Assembly (NCBI GenBank): GCA_012295275.1 | Contig: CM022671.1 | Span: forward strand, 33,170,001-33,234,000 | Direction of reading: 5' to 3' | Source: Chrysomallon squamiferum | Lineage: Eukaryota > Animalia > Mollusca | DNA: 64,000 nucleotides | Shown here: positions 53,846-64,000 of the stretch, one piece after another | Layout: each line of letters begins with the position of its first letter | Position numbering within the stretch: position 1 is the stretch's first letter | Notes under the pieces: generated by a model | What the model was told of the DNA's origin: nothing | What the model saw: the letters and a program-made list of their open reading frames with translations, nothing else | Databases searched by the model: none | Position numbers and translations under genes: made by a program

Positions 53846-55859
53846 AAACGAATTCTATCTCTCACCTGTGATAAAAACAGACAAAAACTTTTCACTTCCC
53901 ATTTTAAAAATAAAAATGTGTGGATAATATTATATATAAATTTTTAATCATAAATTTTATCGTTGTATTTATGTATAAATATGTATTTCTGACATGTTTT
54001 TAAGTAATAAAAAGTTTGTATAAAGAAAATTAGAAATTTTGTGAAGTTGTATAAAGTTTAGAATACACACATGTATATTCTTATTTATTTATATATATAT
54101 AATATTATTACTATTATTTGTTTATTTATTTATTTTTTGCTTGGCTCAATCAGATGGAATTTGTTATTATTTATTTAAAGTTTTTAAATCTTCATTAAGA
54201 AAGAAAAAAATTCCATATGGCCTTGAATTTTAAAAATATTAAAATATAATGAAGTTTTACTCTAAGTTAAAATTTGTTGTGACGGAATCTTAAGAACAAA
54301 AATATTAACATTCATCAATTTTACACTTTTACCCAAGTGAATAAATACTATATTATGTTACATCTAGGTCTAATGGTGTATTATTTCTTAAAATTATTTT
54401 AATCACAAAATTACAAGCTTCTTGTTATTTACTTATTTTGTTGTTTTATTTGAAAAGGATATTAAATTTAATGCAATATTCTTTACTCAGAAATACATAA
54501 AAATTGGTCACCTTACCAAAAATAAAACTAATTGCAATTGTTTTGTTTGCTCTCTTTTTATTTGTGTCAGTATAGCTGTATTCTTTGTGATGTTATTTTT
54601 TGTCAAAGTAAAGTTTTGATTGAAAAAAATATCCAGAAAATACTGTGTGTGTATATGGTATAATATTTTATATATGTTAATGCATGTAGCTAGAAGCAGG
54701 ACAGATCTGCTATAGACAATCGTATTTATTGTCAAATTAAAGTTTCATATATTTTGTTTATCTTGCAATCATTCCATCTTGAATGTTATATTCACTACAG
54801 AGACTACTGTGTATCCCAACCCTTTTACAAAACCCTGGAATGTTTTCACAGTTAGTACAAAGTTTTCAGAAAAGGGAGTTGTAACTGTTATTGTGAATGT
54901 AAGTTTATATTGTGATAGTGTGTAAGGTAATGGATAAAAACATAAATAAAGATACCTTTACAAAACTAACAGATTTGTTCAGTAATCAATAATTTGAAAA
55001 TAAAGTTTCACTTGCAGTTTATCATTATGATCCCTGAAGATTTCATTAACAATTAAAATTCACTCCAGTTTCTGAAAACGAAATCATTTACAGACAAGTT
55101 GCCATGGATTTCTGGAACTGTAACAATGATGTTGCTATACAAATAAATTACAAACATGTCTGAATACATATCAGTGTTATGTACTGTTGCCTTTTTCTGT
55201 TACACTTTATGAAGTGCCAAATTTTGATTGCTTTATAGTACATCGATTTTAAATTAAACATAGTCTTTTTTGGACATGTGTGAATAACATATTAAATAGT
55301 CTTTTTGGGGGAAAAAAAAATTAATAATAATTATAATAAATAAATAAATGACAATAATAACAATTTAAAAAAAAAAAATGAAGTTTTTAGAGGAGAAACC
55401 TGTGAAATGGATTACTGTAGTTCTTGGTCATCAGTCATCTTTTACACACAGACATAACATCATACATAACAGTCACTGACAGAACAGTGATGAAGCTTTG
55501 GTAAGAACAGGAAAATAACCAAATAAAGCAGAAAAGACTGGTCTTGTAAATAACATGTGAAAGTTAGCAGTTAGTTTTTATTTCTAAACTGATGTTGAGA
55601 CTTTAGCATTAGGTAAAGTCAACTTCCGGATAAAAACTGAAATCTCATAAAATTCCTGGAAAATACTTTGTGCACCTTTTGTAGGAATAGGTCACATAGA
55701 TATATTAATTTAAAAAACAAACAAAAAAATGAAGTAGAAGAAAAAGAAGACAAATTGCATAAAAGTTTATATTATACATTTATATTATTTTATTAACATT
55801 TTTAGATAAAATTTAATCAGACTAAGTTTTTCTTTCACTGTAATTTTAAAATATTGTTA

Positions 55860-62957
<7,098 letters not shown>

Positions 62958-63438
62958 TTTTCTTTAAAATACAATTTATAAAGCTTAACTTTGATTATTG
63001 TGATCTCTCAAGTAAATATCTATTTCACAAGGATTTTGAAAACTAATTCTTTACAAAATGTTTTTCTTGAAATGGCATTCAGAATACTTCTCAAATCTGC
63101 AGTGTTTGTTGGACCATTCTAGTGTAGCTAAGCCGATGAAAGTCCACATTATATCTCTTTATATTATCTTTAAATGTAGGCTATATCTATCGCATTCATT
63201 AATCTAAAAAAAATAAAAATAATAAATAACTAAACTAAAATAAAATAAATTAAAAATAAAATAGTAAGAAAATAAAAATAAAAAAACGCACAAAAAAGAG
63301 AAAAAATCAGAGATTCCCATGCAAAGAGGTTTGTACAGAGTGGAGTGCTCATAAAACTGACAGAAGAATGAAATAGCTCACAGAGGAGTCTGGTTTCGTT
63401 CAAAAAGAAAGAAAGAAAGAAAAAGTCATTACTCACTT

Positions 63439-63509
<71 letters not shown>

Positions 63510-64000
63510 GCACATAGTTATTTGATAATAATTTATAAGATAGAAATGTGATTCCTAATTGCGTGCCAACATTTGTGTATGAGTTTGTGTATGTATGTGT
63601 GTGTACAAGAGTTGAATGAATATACAGGTAGATATAATGTTATATATCCTGCAAGTTGCACGATATTATTAGGTAAAATTCTATATATACTAAAGTATTA
63701 CATGGAAAAGGAAAGTGGTAAGAAATGTCATTAACAACGTGTGTGTATATGTGTGTTTGTGTTTCTGTGTGTGTGTATTTATATACATATTTTTGTGCTT
63801 TCGTGTATACTTTTGTAGCAAAATGATCTCAAAATAAGCGTTTAAAACCAAAACTTTTATCATTTAAGGCTCGACAAAAAGGAAATGCAATGCATTTTAA
63901 TTAACTTATATACAAACGTAGGTATAATATTTATAACGACAGCGGACCGTATCAATATACATTTAAGTTATTTCACCTTACATTAAATCGAATTCATGTT

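Overview
AT-rich, microsatellite-rich, intron-dense animal DNA; a lophotrochozoan and probably a mollusc, which is an inference from gene content and repeat types. Manual splicing gives four full-length genes: a VWDE-like gene (25811-11382, minus, 18 exons, two apparent frameshifts), cohesin SMC1 (49335-33403, minus, 28 exons, about 1246 aa), a RIB43A/RIBC ciliary gene (50431-53845, plus, 379 aa) lying head-to-head with SMC1, and a secreted PqaA/AprA-family hydrolase (62957-55860, minus, 14 exons, 488 aa). There are also two 'mini-VWDE' paralogs that keep only exons 1-6 and 17-18 of the long gene. Copy A (168-3889) is intact and encodes a 309-aa protein with a signal peptide and a likely GPI signal. 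Copy B (about 27562-31457) has lost its ATG and one splice donor. Copy A lies in a direct segmental duplication that also carried a now-fragmented part of SMC1 (5611-9665). This block sits just downstream of an isolated Rab-GTPase first exon (9876-9825), so it may be nested in a Rab intron. Several transposon remnants and minisatellites are present. Exon coordinates were read by eye, family calls rest on recognised motifs, and no database search was run.
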